Numbered from the stretch's first letter, positions 36,880-50,589 are shown. The stretch is DNA of 64,000 nt from Squalus acanthias (GCA_030390025.1 CM059432.1:124932001-124996000); one strand, 5' to 3'. Translations and numbers: made by a program. The notes: generated by a model not told the origin, from the letters alone.

Positions 36880-38353
36880 TTGAAGACTTAACATTAGCAA
36901 ACTCATTGTTAATACGCTCCTAGTGTACACTGGAAGTACATGTCTGGAAATTGTGCACCCCAGCCCATGATATTCCATCATTAATTTTAAGAAGCAGAAA
37001 AATTATGCTTAAATGCATTAAGGTGGGAACATAAAGTTAGGAGCTAGCTAACAATAGGGAAAGTGGTGTTGGGGCACTTGAGAGCACACAAGGTGCTACA
37101 GACAGGTCAGGGAAGGAGGCTGATGTGTGGGAACACATGGAAGATTGGGGCCTGATGACTTAAAAGGGACCAATGGCAGCTCGAGTCCCATTCTCCTGGG
37201 GCCTGCTGTCCCAATAGACTGTTAATCTTGTTTCTTCCAATGCTGCCAGATCCCAGCAACTCCCTAATCTCCTCAGAGTCCTGCTGAACTCCTCACCTCA
37301 GACTCTAAGGTACCAAGACTCCCAACCCCCGATACCACATTCCCAGTGCTCCCAGACCGTGCGAAACTGCTCCCCAATGCCCACAGATCTCAGGATTCCT
37401 TTCCCAGTGATTTCAGATCCCAGGAAATGCCCAAGTGTTCCTCGGACCTTCCTCTCTAGTATTCCCAGAATGCTGGGTCTCCCCTTCCCAGTATTCCCCA
37501 ACCCTGGGGGCCCACCTCAAAATAGTGGTAGAACCGGAGATCCCATCTAAATGCAGCCAGATCCCAAAGCCACCACAAAGTTGATAAGTCAGTGTCCCTA
37601 CTTGGTATAACACATCTGTTCTTACAAAAGCTCAGACTTACTGAGCAACACCACAGGTAATCTGCTGATATCTCTATAAAATCCTGTCGAAATCATCTAT
37701 TTTTTTGGCAGAAGAGCACTAAGCTTTCTAATAGCTCCCTCTGACACTGAGAATCCAGCTTGTTGCTCTCCTCTCCCTGGATGATCTCCTTGGGCTGAAT
37801 TTTCCGGAGTGGTAGCGGGCAAGATCGGTGGCGGGTCAGGTGGGAAAGTTGTTATTTTTGACAGCGGGTCAGGAACACGCTGTCATCTCGCTCCCACGCG
37901 CCTTTCCCTCATCACGGAGCCGACTCGACCGGCAGCAGCAGGGGGACCCAATTGAGATGATTAGCAGGTAGTTTACAGGCACCTAAGAGCCTTTTTTCAC
38001 TTACTTTTTATTTAAAATTTCCCTTCATGGCCACGGGATTCACGCAGCTCGGGAACCATGTCTGTCAACCTGAGGCGTGAGTTCCGTGGCCATTGTTCCA
38101 GCTGATTACTCGACAGCATGAAAAACAAACCAAAATAAAAACACGTTGATTACATTATCTAACCGACTGAGGGAGATTCTGTTCTACTTGAAAAGCTACT
38201 GGTAAATGTTAATTCAGAAATTCCTGAAGGGATGAGAGTGCTGAAGGCTCTCATCCTACCCTGGATGGTGAGGGAAATACATTTTCCACTGGCCATTCTC
38301 AGCTGTTGCCTTTCAACTCAACAGTAATTGCAGTGAATTGATCTGCACTATAA

Positions 38354-40121
38354 AACAACAACAACAACAACAACAACTTGTATTTATATAGCACCTTTAA
38401 CATAGTAAAACGTCCCAAGGCGCTTCACAGGAGCATTATAAGACAGAAAATTTGACACCGAGCCACACAGAATCACAGAATCCCCACAGTGCAGATAGAG
38501 GCATTTCGGCCCATCGAGCCTGCACCGACACATATCCCACCCTATCCCTGTAACCCCACATATTTAATCCCCCTAACACTAAGGGTCAATTTATCATAGC
38601 CAAATCAACCTAACCCACACATCTTTGGACTGTGGGAGGAAACCGGAGCACCCGGAGGAAACCACATAAGGAGAAATTAGGGCAGGTGACTAAAAGCTTG
38701 GTCAAAGAGGTAGGTTTTAAGGCACGTCTTAAAGGAGGAAAGAGAGGTAGAGAGGCGGACAGGTTTAGGCAGGAATTCCAGAGCTTAGGGCCTAGGCAAC
38801 AGAAGGCACAGCCACCAATGGTTCAGCAATTATAATCAGGGATGCTCAAGAGGGCAGAATTAGAGGAGTGCAGATATCTCGGGGGTTGTGGGGCTGAAGG
38901 AGATTACAGAGATAGGGAGGGGCGAGGCCATGGAGGGATTTGAAAGCAAGGACGAGAATTTTGAAATCGAGGCGTTGCATAACCGGGAGCCAATGTAGGT
39001 CAGCGAGCACAGGGGTGATGGGTGAACGGGATTTGGTGCGAGTTAGGACATGGGCAGCCGAGTTTTGGATGATCTCAAGTTTATGTCGAGTAGAATGTGG
39101 GAGGCCAGCCAGGAGTGCGTTGGAATAGTCAAGTCCAGAGGTAACAAAGGCATGGATGAGGGTTTCAACAGCGGATGAACTGAGGCAAGGGCAGAGACGG
39201 GCGATGTTACAGAGGTGGAAATAGGCATTCTTAGTTAGGCTGCGGATATGTGGTCGGAAGCTCATTTCAGGGTCAAATATGACACCAAGGTTGCGAACAG
39301 TGTGGTTCAGCCTCAGACAGATGTTAGGGAGAGGGATGGAGTCAGTGGCTAAGGAACGGAGTTTGTGGCGGGGACTGAAAACAATGGCTTCAGTCTTCCC
39401 AATATTTAATTGGAGAAAATTTCTGCTCATCCAGAACTGGATGTCGGAGAAGCAGTCTGACAATTTACAGACCGTGGAGGGGTTGAGAGACATGGTAGTG
39501 AGGTAGAGCTGGGTGTTGTCAGCGTACATGTGAAAACTGATGCTGTGTTTTAGAATTATGTCGCCAAGGGGCAACATGTAGATGAGAAATAGGAGGGGGC
39601 CAAGCATAGATCCTTGGGGGACACCAGAGGTAACAATGCGGGAGCGTGAAGAGAAGCCGTTGCAGGTGATTCTTTGGCTATGATTAGACAGATAAGAATG
39701 GAACTAGGCGAGTGCAGTTCCACCCAGCTAGACGACGGTGGAGTGGCGTTGGAGAAGGATGGAGTGGTCAACCGTGTCAAAGGGTGCAGACAATTCAAGA
39801 AAGATGAGGGGGGATAGTTTACATTTGTCACAGTCACAAAGGATGTCATTTGTGACTTTGATGAGAGCCGTTTTGGTCCTGTGGCAAGGGTGGAAACCTG
39901 ATTGGAGGGATTCAAACATGGAATTGTGGGAAAGATGGGCACGAATTTGGGAGGCGACAACATGTTCAAGGACTTTGGAAAGGAAAGGAAGGTTGGAGAT
40001 GGGGCGGTAGTTTGCAAGGACGGAGGGGTCAAGGGTTGGTTTTTTGAGGAGAGGGGTGATGATGGCAGTTTTGACGGAGAGGGGGACAGTACCTGAGGAG
40101 AGAGAACCATTAAAAATGACA
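38354..40121 (-). mobile_element. L2 LINE, 5'-truncated, (GTT)n tail
   Basis: ORFs 38846-39607 and 39728-39919; (CAA)n at 38354-38378. Confidence 0.93.
38468..38662 (-). mobile_element. HE1-like V-SINE (5'-truncated) inserted in the L2 3' UTR
   Basis: V-domain TTTCCTCCGGGTGCTCCGGTTTCCTCCCACAGTCCAAAGATGTG on minus; CR1-type (ATTCTGTG) tail; CCACA duplicated at junctions. Confidence 0.82.
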
Positions 40122-40221
40122 TATACCGTTTAATTACATTTTTGTGTTGTTTCTGGTCAGGGTTTTCTCACAGTATACTGTGATTGTCCAGTTACAGATT
40201 AAATCAAGTCATCAACTGTAA

Positions 40222-41064
40222 GGGCTGGATTTTATGAATGGAGATGTGTTGGAGGTGGGACTGCTGCTTGCCCGGTTTCAGTCCCGCCTCCATCAGCTTC
40301 TGGCCAAAAGCGGGATTTTTCCCTGATTGACCTTGTTAAGCCCACCCAGCGGGCTCAGCAGACCAATTAGGGGGAAGTCAGTGACAGAGCACGTCAACGT
40401 ATGACGTGTCATCTGTCAAGAATTTTTGAAAGAAGAAATATCATCGTTTGACAGCTCTGTGAAGCTGTCAAACACTGACATTCTGTGTAGTTTGATGAGT
40501 CCTGTGTTCAGGACTCATCAAACCTTTCTACTTTGCAGAAATCAGCTGGCTGTTGGCTCGGAGGATCCAACAGCCAGTCTGTGATCTCTACAATGGAGAT
40601 GTCGGGACTACGGCTCCACAGCGGCTGAAGGCTGTAGGGAGAAACAAAGGTAAGTTAACATTTTCTAACACTTTACACTCACCTCACATACTTACCACTC
40701 CACACTTGCACCCATCACTCACCTCTACATCGTACTTTCAGACCCCTCCCACCCCCACAGACCTCCTACTCACCTCTTACACCCTGGCGGGGTTCCCCCA
40801 GGTCGGGAAGCCCGCACTTCAGCACGAAAAATGGGGATAATCCTATTTTCTGCCTGTTAACTACCTGTTAACAGGCAGTTAATAGGCTTTAATCCCTTCC
40901 CGCCTCCAAGGAGATGGGACCCGGGGCAGGATGGCTTCCCACCTCCTGGCAAGAGGGCACGGAGGCGGGTTGGGGGTGGGTTTGCCACCCGCCCCCAAAT
41001 TCTGCAACTTTCCCGGCAGTCCCGCCTCTATACCCGCCTCCTCAAGGCTGAGAAAATCCAGCCC
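40222..41064. mobile_element. Harbinger-type MITE (family C relative)
   Basis: TIR GGGCTGGATTTT / AAAATCCAGCCC, TAA TSD; interior resembles 43064-43793. Confidence 0.88.
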
Positions 41065-42252
41065 TAACAATTTCATTCTCATCACTCATTCCATTGGTTC
41101 AATTTGCTTTCAGTCCCTGAATATGACTAATATAATTTTTCAGTCTGAGACTTTGGGGGTGAATTTCTGTGGAGATTCTTTCACTCGTCCATTGTTAACT
41201 TCAACGGAAAAGCTGCAGAAATCCCAGAAACACATAAGCACCACTTACACTGTTTGTTAGGGATTCCGCAGCTCTTCTGCTGAACTTGCATGAGATTGTA
41301 AATCCACCCTTTTACAATTACATTTAAAATCTGCTTAATTTTATACATTACCTATACACACACATCTTTTATTTGTACCAGTTACTAATACAAAAGTCTA
41401 TAGATTTGTGACTAAAGCACCAATAACTTGCCAATTAATGTACTTTTTAAAATTATGTTCTTGATTGTATTTGTAGATGGTGTCATATTACTTAATGATA
41501 ATATATTTAAATATTTCTTTGTCACTCATATATAGCTTTTATTATATTATTGTAGAGTAAAGATTCAGCACCCACTATGTTAGATTAAACATTAAATGTA
41601 ACGTGGCCATGGTCCCTTTAAGGATCCCAGCTGAAAACGCGTCACGAGTGAAGTCACCAGACCCACTCCATCTCATTGGGCCGGGTAACACACTGGGTGG
41701 GCTTAATAGGCCCCATTAAGGTAAGTTCATTTTCTAGAGCGGATGGATCCAGCAGCGGAGTCACGACCCGCCACAAACACTGGCTGCACCAGATCCGTCC
41801 AGGTACAGAAAATTCCGGCCCTTATTTTTCGGTAACTGAAACTGTGCAGTACTGTGCAGTGCCATGAGTCCTTACGGTTTTAGCTTCCTCTCTGACTACC
41901 TTCTTGCTGGTATAGTATTCGAATTTTTTTGTATCTGCCACTCAGAATTATTCTAACCTAACCCGCCCAGTGGAAACTGACTGGATCGGATTGGCTCCCT
42001 GTTTTACAACCCGCCCGGTTTTATTTTCCATTGGCTTCAATGACACATATTGTTTCAGTTTGAATTATTCCTCTCTCCAGCCTGTTACTGATAAAACTTA
42101 CATCATTGTATTGAAATTAAGCTCGTTACAAACATCTGAACTGCAGCTGATTTTTTAAAATTGCTTACGTAGCTTTAAAGGAGCACTCACTAAATACAAA
42201 ACGGGTAAAAATATCTCAATTTTGGCGCACTCTCTAACCCCGACATTTACTG

Positions 42253-43010
42253 GGGCGTGATTTTCAACCGAGGGGAAGGAGTTCTGTCTGATCGCCGAAC
42301 GCTGTGGAGTTACAGCGAACGTGTGGTTTTTTTAACATGTTCCCCATCCGGAAGCCAGCCTGATTGACAGGCTTGGCTCCCTGTCGGGCGGGAAACGCTC
42401 CAGAAGAGGGAGAAGCCCAGGAGCAGGTAGGGAGCCTGCTCCTCGGGGTAGGGATCGTGATGGGGGGGCTGGGTACAGCATAGCTTGAAGGGACGGGGGT
42501 GATCGCAGAGGGTCGGAGAAAGGCCGGGGGCAGAGATGGGGAGTCGGCGGGGGGGGGGGGGGGGGGGTGCGGTGGTGAGGGGGCGGGGGTCCAATTGCGG
42601 GGCGGGGGTCTGATCGCAGGGGCGGGGTGTGGGGGGAAGCTGGTTAGCTTGGGGGACCGGGGGAAAGCACTCCTGCTCCTCTTGTCCCACAAGCAGTGCT
42701 GGAAAAGCATTTGACTCTTCCATGCATCAGTCCTCACCTCGCTTTTGCTGCCAGGTTTCCCGAGGCCCGGGAAACCCGGCCTGCCAGCACTGAAGCTGGA
42801 CGAGAGACAAAATCTGAGGCACACAGCCTCATTAAAATATTTAAATAAGTGGCCCACCTCCTGGGTTGGTTGCCCGCCCCTTGTCCCACCTCCGTTAAAC
42901 CTGGAAGTGGGTGGGTTTGAGGCAGGACGGGGTCGAGTTTGAGATTTAAAACATTTTTACATCCCACCCGACCCAAACCCACCCATTTTTTGTGGGTTAA
43001 AATTACCCCC
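42253..43010. mobile_element. Harbinger-type MITE (family B)
   Basis: GGGCGTGATTTT / AAAATTACCCCC termini, G-rich core; TSD not evident. Confidence 0.75.
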
Positions 43011-43063
43011 TCTGTTGCAACTCTGCTGGTCTCCTTACCCTTCCCATTTGCAACCCTAACATA

Positions 43064-43793
43064 GGGGGTGATTTTATCAATGGGGGCGTGATGGAGGCGG
43101 GACTGCTGCTTGTCGGGTTTTAGTCCCGCCTCCATCGAGATCCGGCCAACCCACGCTATTTTCCCTTGATTAGCCCACCCAGCTCTGTGAAGCTGTCAAA
43201 CACTGACAATCTGTCTTCTAAGTTGAGTCCTTTACTCAAGACTCGCTTAGAAAGCTTTCTTGAGCAGAAAGCAGAAGGCTGCTGCATTTAAGAATGCAGC
43301 GGCCATTCTGCTTTCTCTGCCGGTGAGATGAGGCAGCTCCGCAGCCTAAAGGGATGAAGCCTGGAGGAAGAAGCAAAGGTAAGTAAACTTATTAAAACAC
43401 TTTAGACTCACCTCACACACTTACCTCTCCACACTTGCACTCATCACTCACCTGCACACCGGACATCTCGGCCCCTCCGACCCCCGCAGACCCACAGCTC
43501 ACCTCACTGACCCTGGCGAGGTTCGGAGCTGTCGGGAAGCCCACACTTTAGGGCTCAAAATAGGGATTAGCCAAAAAACTGCCTGTTAACTACCTGTTAA
43601 CAGGCAGTTAATTGGCGCTAATCCCCTTCCTGCCTCGGGGAGACAGAACCCGGCGCGGGTCAGGTACCCGCCTCCTGGGAAGATGGCACGGAGGCGGGTT
43701 GGGGGCGGGATGGGTACCCGCTCCCAGATTCTGCCATTTTCCCAGCAGTCCCGCCTCCATACCCGCTTCCCCAGGGCTGGCAAAATTGCCCCC
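43064..43793. mobile_element. Harbinger-type MITE (family C, reverse orientation)
   Basis: GGGGGTGATTTT / AAAATTGCCCCC, ATA TSD. Confidence 0.9.
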
Positions 43794-43878
43794 ATAGTCT
43801 TTAAGCCCACCCCACCCATCCAGATCTGGGTCGCCACATATTGATAGCTATTGAAACAATGCGTATTTCATAGCTTGC

Positions 43879-43980
43879 CTGAGCTTGTCTCTTGAGTTTA
43901 AAAGGTTGAAAGACTTCTGCATAAAAAAGTCGCTGATATTCCATCAGATCAAACCACAAGTTCACGCCATTGCTCCATAA
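43879..43980 (-). CDS. RGS22: RGS22 coding exon (LWSNGVNLWFDLMEYQRLFYAEVFQPFKLKRQAQ), GC donor
   Basis: TTGCAG acceptor, 102 nt; homology ends at QAQ, followed by GCAAGC. Confidence 0.92.
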
Positions 43981-44365
43981 CTGCAAGATAGGAAGAAAAA
44001 TTAGTTCATATTCTACACAGCAATAGCTTGTTTCTATCCAGTGTAGTCATTCTGCAGAGCTGCTAGAGTCTGAAATAGGAATACAGTGGTACCATGTAAC
44101 TGATGAGTTTGATAAAGATTAGATGCACCTGATTACCAAGTAGTAAAAAGGAAAGACTCATCGTGACCGAGAAAAGGGCATCTTTAAATCTGTACCATGA
44201 ATCTATAGAAATAATGGTCAGCATTCGGAGGGCAATTAAGTGCACTGTACAGAGTAGACCAAGCCCAGAGAACAAGGGAAGCTGGGGAGTAGCGTCTGGA
44301 GCAGCCCAACATTAGGGAGAAGCTCCCTGCATTGTGGTGAAGTTCTGTTTAGTCCCTCCTATTGT

Positions 44366-44684
44366 GCCTTCCAGTGGCAAAAGGGTCGGTAACCAAAGGA
44401 CACAGATTTAAGGTGATAGGCAAAAGAACTAGAGACGACATGTGGAAAAAAAAATTTACACTTCGAGTTGTTGTGATCTGGAATGCACTGCTTGAAAGGG
44501 TGGTGGAAGCAGATTCAATAGTAACTTTCAAAAGGGAATTGGATAGATACTTGAAGGGAAAACATTTGCAGGGCTATGGGGAAAGAGCAAGGGAGTGGGA
44601 TTAATTGGCTAGCTCTACCAAAGAGCTGGCACAGGCACGATGGGCCGAATGGCCTCCTTCTGTGCTGTATCATTCTATGATTCT
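44366..44684 (+). mobile_element. CR1 3' end fragment
   Basis: TKGHRFKVIGKR...FKRELDRYL, ATTCTATG tail. Confidence 0.9.
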
Positions 44685-44815
44685 AACGTACCAGCTTGGA
44701 AATGTTGGTTGTTTTGATTCTCAGATGGAAGTCAGATTTCAGTTCTGTTCTCAAACTGACTGAAGAATAAATAAAGGAGCTCTCTGTCCATTAATCTGAG
44801 GTTCAGTTTACTTAC

Positions 44816-44935
44816 CGTATTCCCCGTTTGTTCGCAAAAACGTGTGAAGATGTATCCAGTTCTGCCTTCATGGTACAGGGCCTGTAGCATGTCGTCCATT
44901 TTATAATCACACACAGCCTCATGGTATTTTGTAAT
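44816..44935 (-). CDS. RGS22: RGS22 coding exon (ITKYHEAVCDYKMDDMLQALYHEGRTGYIFTRFCEQTGNT)
   Basis: TGCAG acceptor, GTAAGT donor, 120 nt phase 0; matches recalled LQSLYVENRAGFFFTKFCE. Confidence 0.92.
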
Positions 44936-44989
44936 CTGCATTTAAAGAAACACACACAAACAGGACTCTTTAATTCAGTATCAGTGAGC

Positions 44990-46320
44990 ATAAAGCTTTC
45001 AATGTGTGCTGATGACACCAAGCTTTACCTCTCTGCCACCACGCTTGATTCTTTGACCACCACTATGTTGCTCAACTGCTCAACCGATATCAAGGGGGTG
45101 ATTTTGCCAGCCCTGGGGCGGCGGGTTTGGAGGCGGGACTGCCGGGAAAATGGCAGAATCTAGGGGTGGGTACCCATCCCGCCCTCAACCCTGCCTTCGT
45201 GCCATCTTCCCAGGAGGCAGGTACCCGACCCGCGCCAGGTCCCGTCTCCTGGAGGTGGGAAGGGGATTACAGCCACTTAACTGCCTGCTAACAGGTAGTT
45301 AACAGGCAGTTAAGAGGATTATCCCCATTTTTCCAACAGAACTGCGGGCTTCCTGATGTCGGGAAATCCCGGCAGGGTCAGCGAGGCGAGCAGTGGGTCT
45401 GCGGGGGTGAGAGGGGTCGAAAAGTGCGCTGTGAAGGTGAGTGATTGTTGCAAGTGTGGAGAGGTATGTATGAGAGGTGAGTATAAAGTGTTAGAAAAAG
45501 TTTCCTTACCTTTGTTTCTTCCTGCAGGCTTCAATCGTTGGGGATCTGGAGGCTCCGGCATCTCCACGGCAGAGATGACAGAATGGCTGCTGCATTCTCC
45601 GATGCAACAGCCATCTGCTTTCTGCTCAGGAAATAGGTTTGGAGAGCCTTGAGTACAAGAACTCACCAAACAATGTTCTCTGTCACCGGCTGGGCGGGCT
45701 TAACAAGGTCAATCAAGGGAAAATAGCGTGGGTTGGCCAGACGTCGATGGAGGCGGGACTGAAACCCGACAAGCAGCACTCCCACCTCCAACGTGCCCCC
45801 ATTGGCAAAATCACCCCCCAAGTGTTGGATCATCAAGCGTTCCCTTTAACTTAACATCACCAAGGGCTGAAACAATTACGTTTGGCTCCCACCTAAAGCT
45901 ATGCATCCCACCTAAAACTCTACTCCTTACTATAAAACTCTACACCTTTCCTACCTATCTCTTGCAACTCCCTCAGATTAAGCCCGATGGCGTGCAGCCA
46001 GTGTCCTGCATGTTCCAGAGCTGAACTTCAAACTCCACATCCTATCACTGACCATGTCTCACCACCCGCCCCCCCGCAGCTGCTGAAATACTCATCCACA
46101 CCTTTGTCACCTCCAGACTTGACTACTCCAATGCTATTCTTGAGTGCCTCCAGAGTTCTGCCTTTTATGAATCTCAATTCATCCAAAACTCCATCATCCT
46201 AGCCTACACTAAATCCTGTTCTCCTATTACTCCTGAGCTTGTCAACTTTCACTGTCTCCCTATCCACCTAAATTTGAAATTAAATCCTTCCATGGCCTCT
46301 GCAACGTCATTCAGCCTTAT
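44990..46320 (+). mobile_element. Old decayed L2 split by MITE
   Basis: ADDTKLYLS; LIHTFVTSRLDYSN remnant near 46090. Confidence 0.7.
45094..45818. mobile_element. Harbinger-type MITE (family C)
   Basis: TIR GGGGGTGATTTTGCCA / TGGCAAAATCACCCCC, CAA TSD. Confidence 0.92.
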
Positions 46321-46395
46321 AATTCCATTATTAATCTGGAACACGATTCAGGCAGGTGGGGAGCGGAGCAAGGCCAAACCCCCCCACCCACCGCC

Positions 46396-47420
46396 CAACT
46401 AACAGAAAGCAGAGAGTCGGGATAAATGGGTCATTTTCTGGTTGGCAAATGGTAACTAGTGGGGTGCCATAAGGATCGGTGCTGGGGCCCCAACTATTTA
46501 CAATCTACATTAATGACTTGGATGAAGGGATCGAGTGCAATATAGACAAGTTTGCAGATGATACAAAGATGGGTGGGAAAGCAAGTTGTGCAGAGGACTC
46601 AAAGAATCTGCAAAGGGATATAGACAGGCTAGGTGAGTGGGCAAACATTTGGCAGATGGAGTATAATGTGGGAAAGTGCGAGGTTATCCACTTTGGCAGG
46701 AAAAATAAAAAAGCAAACTATTATTTAAATGGAGAGAGATTACAAAATGCTACAGTTCAGAGGGACCTGGGGGTCCTTGTGCATGAAACACAAAAAGTTA
46801 GCATGCAGGTACAGCAAGTAATCAAAAAGGCAAATGAAATGTTGGCCTTTATTTCAAGCGGTTGGAGTATAAAAGCAGGGAAATCCTACTACAACTGTAC
46901 AAGGTATTGGTGAGACCACACCTTGAGTTATGCGTACAATTTTGGTCTCCTTATTTAAGGAAAGATATACTTGCATTGGAGGCAGTTCAGAGACGATTCA
47001 CTAGGTTAATTCCAGAGATGAGGGGTTTGACTTATGAGGAAAGGTTGAGCAGGCTGGGCCTATATTCATTGGAATTTAGAAGAATGAGAGGTGATCTTAT
47101 CGAAACATATAAGATACTGAGGGGGCTCGACAGGGTAGATGCAGAGAGGATGTTTCCCCTCGTGGGGAAATCTAGAACTCGTGGGCACAGTTTTAGAATA
47201 AAGGGTCGCCCTTTTAGAACTGAGATGAGGAGGAACTTCTTCTCTCAGAGGGTCGTAAATTTGTGGAATTCTCTGCCCCAGAGAGCTGTGGAGGCTGGGT
47301 CATTAAATACATTTAAAGCGGAGATAGACAAATTTTTTCAAGATAAGGTAGTGAAGGGTTATGGGGAGCGGGCTGGGAAGTCACTTTGAGCTCAAGATCA
47401 GCCATGATCTTATTGAGTGG
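46396..47420 (+). mobile_element. CR1 LINE RT fragment
   Basis: ORFs 46479-46913 and 46862-47389 (FADDTK, RPHLE.C, RGDLIETYK). Confidence 0.92.
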
Positions 47421-48995
47421 CGGAGCAGTGTAGAAGTGCAGTTTACTTCTAGACACAAACAAAATGGCTTTTCTGAGAAAAGAATTTAAAAAAGGGAATT
47501 CAAAATGGCCGACAGTAGGAGTCACCATAATAAGTAAATCTTTCTAATTAGCTACAAGGATGGGGACAACTCAGAATTCCTTATCTAAGAAAAGCGTAGC
47601 AAAATAAGGCATCAATTAGTTCTAACCAGCTCAGGATGAGATAAGGTAAGCCATCAACCCACAGATTAGAGTTACATAGAGAATGAACATTGAACAAAGG
47701 GATCCCACAAGGAAGGTCTGGTTATCTGATCTTTAAGGAATTTCTGCTCGTTATTATAACGAAAACCTATGCAATAACTCACAAGTTTGTGCATCATTAA
47801 TCAGTATGTTTAATGCTATGTCATATGGCCTGTTCTGTGTTCTTTTTGTATAAAGTATGTTCAAATCTTGTAAGATTCGAAGCATTCTGACATAGCAACT
47901 TGACTGTGTCAGAACCTTCCCTTGTAACAAGTAAACTTTATTAAAAAGCCTTCTTTGACACGATTCTATGTTTAAAAAGAGTCCTACTCGGCATGTAAAA
48001 CTTCGACAGCAGGCTCGAGGGGCCAAGTGGCCTATTCCTACTCCTATTTCTTATGTTCTTATGTTCTTAACCCCCCACCGCCCACTCCGGTTTGCCGAGG
48101 CGATTTTAACTTCCAGGCCACATCTGCATGCTGCCTGCCCGAAACAGGCGGGAAACGGCCGCTGTCCGGTGGGTGGGAGCGGAATTTTGAGCCGCAGGAA
48201 AATCAATTTTTCACCAAGGTGCACTAATATTTTAATTTGTATGGAATTTTATGACGGATGTTAAATGTTACAGGCGAGGGAAGCAATCGTTCGGGGAGTG
48301 CCGGGGAGGGTGCCATGGGCAATAGGTGGGAACATTCATGCTCCTCCTGGCCCCACAGAATTCAGTGGCACCGCGGTTTCTGTCCTGTTCTCAGAGCAGC
48401 CTGCTGGGGTCCCTTTAAGGGCAGCTGGTTAGGCCGCTCTATGTCCAGTAAACCTGGGTGGAGTATGCACATGCATCACCCATTTGCACCTGAAGATTGC
48501 GCTGCAGTCCTACAACTGGCATATGCTCCAAGTTAAATGTTATTAAATCGGTACGGGACAAAATGCTGGCCACCCATGTCGAGGAAAGCTCCAAAATTTA
48601 TTCGGGCGGGCTTTGGGCATGATTTCAGTAGGAGATTTAAAAAGAAAAAAAATCATTCCTAAGGGCAATAGCAAGACAAAAATCGACTGATAGTGTAGCA
48701 GGAACCCCATTATCATTGGTACTCAAATCTCAGGTGCAACAAAACCTTGTCCAAGTCACAAATTTTCAACCACTGATATCTGATTCTGCATGACAACCAC
48801 CACCAACAAAAGAGCAGCACCAGAAATCTGGCTGTCAGTCGTGATCTGATAATAAGACATCTTCACTGTATTTTGCTCAGAATAGATTTGTCTTCCCCTC
48901 TGGTGAAGTGAACGGATAAATGTAAAGTAGTCGTTGCCTTGTAAAGACTTTCTCAATTCTTTTCTGTTGGTTAACGTTTTCAGCCGAGTACTTAC

Positions 48996-49104
48996 AAACG
49001 TCTCTAAATTGCGAAGGTCCTTTGCTCTACGTAAGGCTAGGTCTTCAAAAGCTTCCATAGATTTTGAGCCTTGAGTCCAAATACTGCCGGTTGAAGTGAG
49101 CGGT
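48996..49104 (-). CDS. RGS22: Probable RGS22 linker exon (PLTSTGSIWTQGSKSMEAFEDLALRRAKDLRNLETF)
   Basis: Strong TTTCCTTTCCCACAG acceptor and GTAAGT donor, open frame, ends phase 0 as the next exon requires; little recognisable homology. Confidence 0.65.
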
Positions 49105-49864
49105 CTGTGGGAAAGGAAATAATGACAATTTAGTAGGAAGTCATAAAATAAGTATGCTATAAAAAGGATATCTATCACGGTACCTTTGACACAAGCGGAA
49201 CACATAACCAGTAGATGTTGTATCAGAAGCAGAAGTTTTTTGGCATATCAGTTTGTTTTATTGAGGCAATGTTATAAGGAGCAGTGTGCTATAAAGAGTG
49301 TATTGAACAAGATTTGTGAATTTAGTTAGACAGAAAGCAACATGCGTTAACTTAGGAAACCATTGTACTGCATATCAGTATTAGAGTGATAGGCATAGAA
49401 ACATAGAAACATAGAATCTAGGAGCAGGAGTAGGCCATTCGGCCTGTCGAGCCTGCTCCGCCATTCAATACGATCATGGCTGATCACAGAGAGAGTGCTT
49501 TAACAAACTATGCCTATGAAATAGGAATCTATAAGCACTGTGTTATATCAGAGGCTGGGGCATATTGAGAACCACAATAGGGCCTAAAGTAAACATTTTG
49601 GTTGCAGAGAAAACTCCTAATTTAGAAATTTGAGGCACAAAAATCTAGCCTTTAATTTCAACCCTGTCAAATAAATTTCCTGTCCTCTGGTATTTTTATT
49701 TGCATATATACTTTAAAAAAACATATTGCAAGTATATTTGCCCACAGGGTTGCTCATAGTAGCAATAATGTTCAACTGTATCTTTTCTCTTCCATGAGAG
49801 CTTTTGCTTTCATTAAGAAAAATCCTTCATTCACAAATGTTACATTTCCAAGTAAAATACTGAC

Positions 49865-50065
49865 TCGGGGCTGTTTGGATTGGAGTGATTTGAGCACAAA
49901 TTAGAACTTATACTTAACAATGAAGGGACATTTTCTGATTGGGAATTTTTAAGGTGTTTGCACCAAATTTCTGCCTTTAAAATAAATAGGTTAAATGGGT
50001 TAATGCCTACCTTATGCATACCCACCAAAAAAAATTGCTCTTCAGAAAATTTTCTCTTGGAGCAA
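49865..50065 (-). CDS. Weak candidate RGS22 linker exon (CSKRKFSEEQ...SNPNSP)
   Basis: T9CTTAG acceptor, weak GTCAGT donor, 201-nt open frame, phase-compatible with 48996-49104; no recognisable homology. Confidence 0.3.
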
Positions 50066-50589
50066 CTAAGAAAAAAAAATGCTGCATTTGCTTCCACAAG
50101 CGAATTGTGCTTTGGCTCCTTCACATTGTTTCCATTTGAGGTAGTTTTGAAGAGCCCCATCTCTCACTGAGCAGAAGCAAGGCTTCACCGGCAGTGGGAA
50201 GTACTCAGGGTCTCCAGACAGGGCTACTTGCTGCTGACCAGTCATAGCCATTTACTTAGATCTGCAGCTGCAAAATAAAAGGTGTTTTACCCCCAAAGTC
50301 ATTCATTCTGCTGACCTGTGCTCGCTGGCCTACATTGGCTCCCAGTCCGGTAATGCCGCAATTTTACAATTCTCTTCCTTGTTCTCAATTCCCTCCATGG
50401 CCTCACCCCTCCCTATCTCTGTAACCTCCTCCAGCCCTATAACCCTCCAAGATCTCTCCAATTGTGGCCTCTTGCCCATCCCCGATTTTATTCGCTCCAC
50501 CAATGGCGGCCATGCCATCGGCCGTCTAGGCCCTAAGCTCTGGAATTCACTCCCTTAAAGTCTCGGCCTCTGTACCTCGCCCAGCTACT

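Noticed and set aside
37792..41821. One large MITE enclosing the L2 and MITE 40222-41064
   Set aside because: Ends resemble TIRs (GGGCTGAATTTTC / GAAAATTCCGGCCC), but the TSD is ambiguous and continuity cannot be shown
48756..49205. Stand-alone 149-aa gene
   Set aside because: Better explained as an internal exon (48996-49104) with open flanking intron
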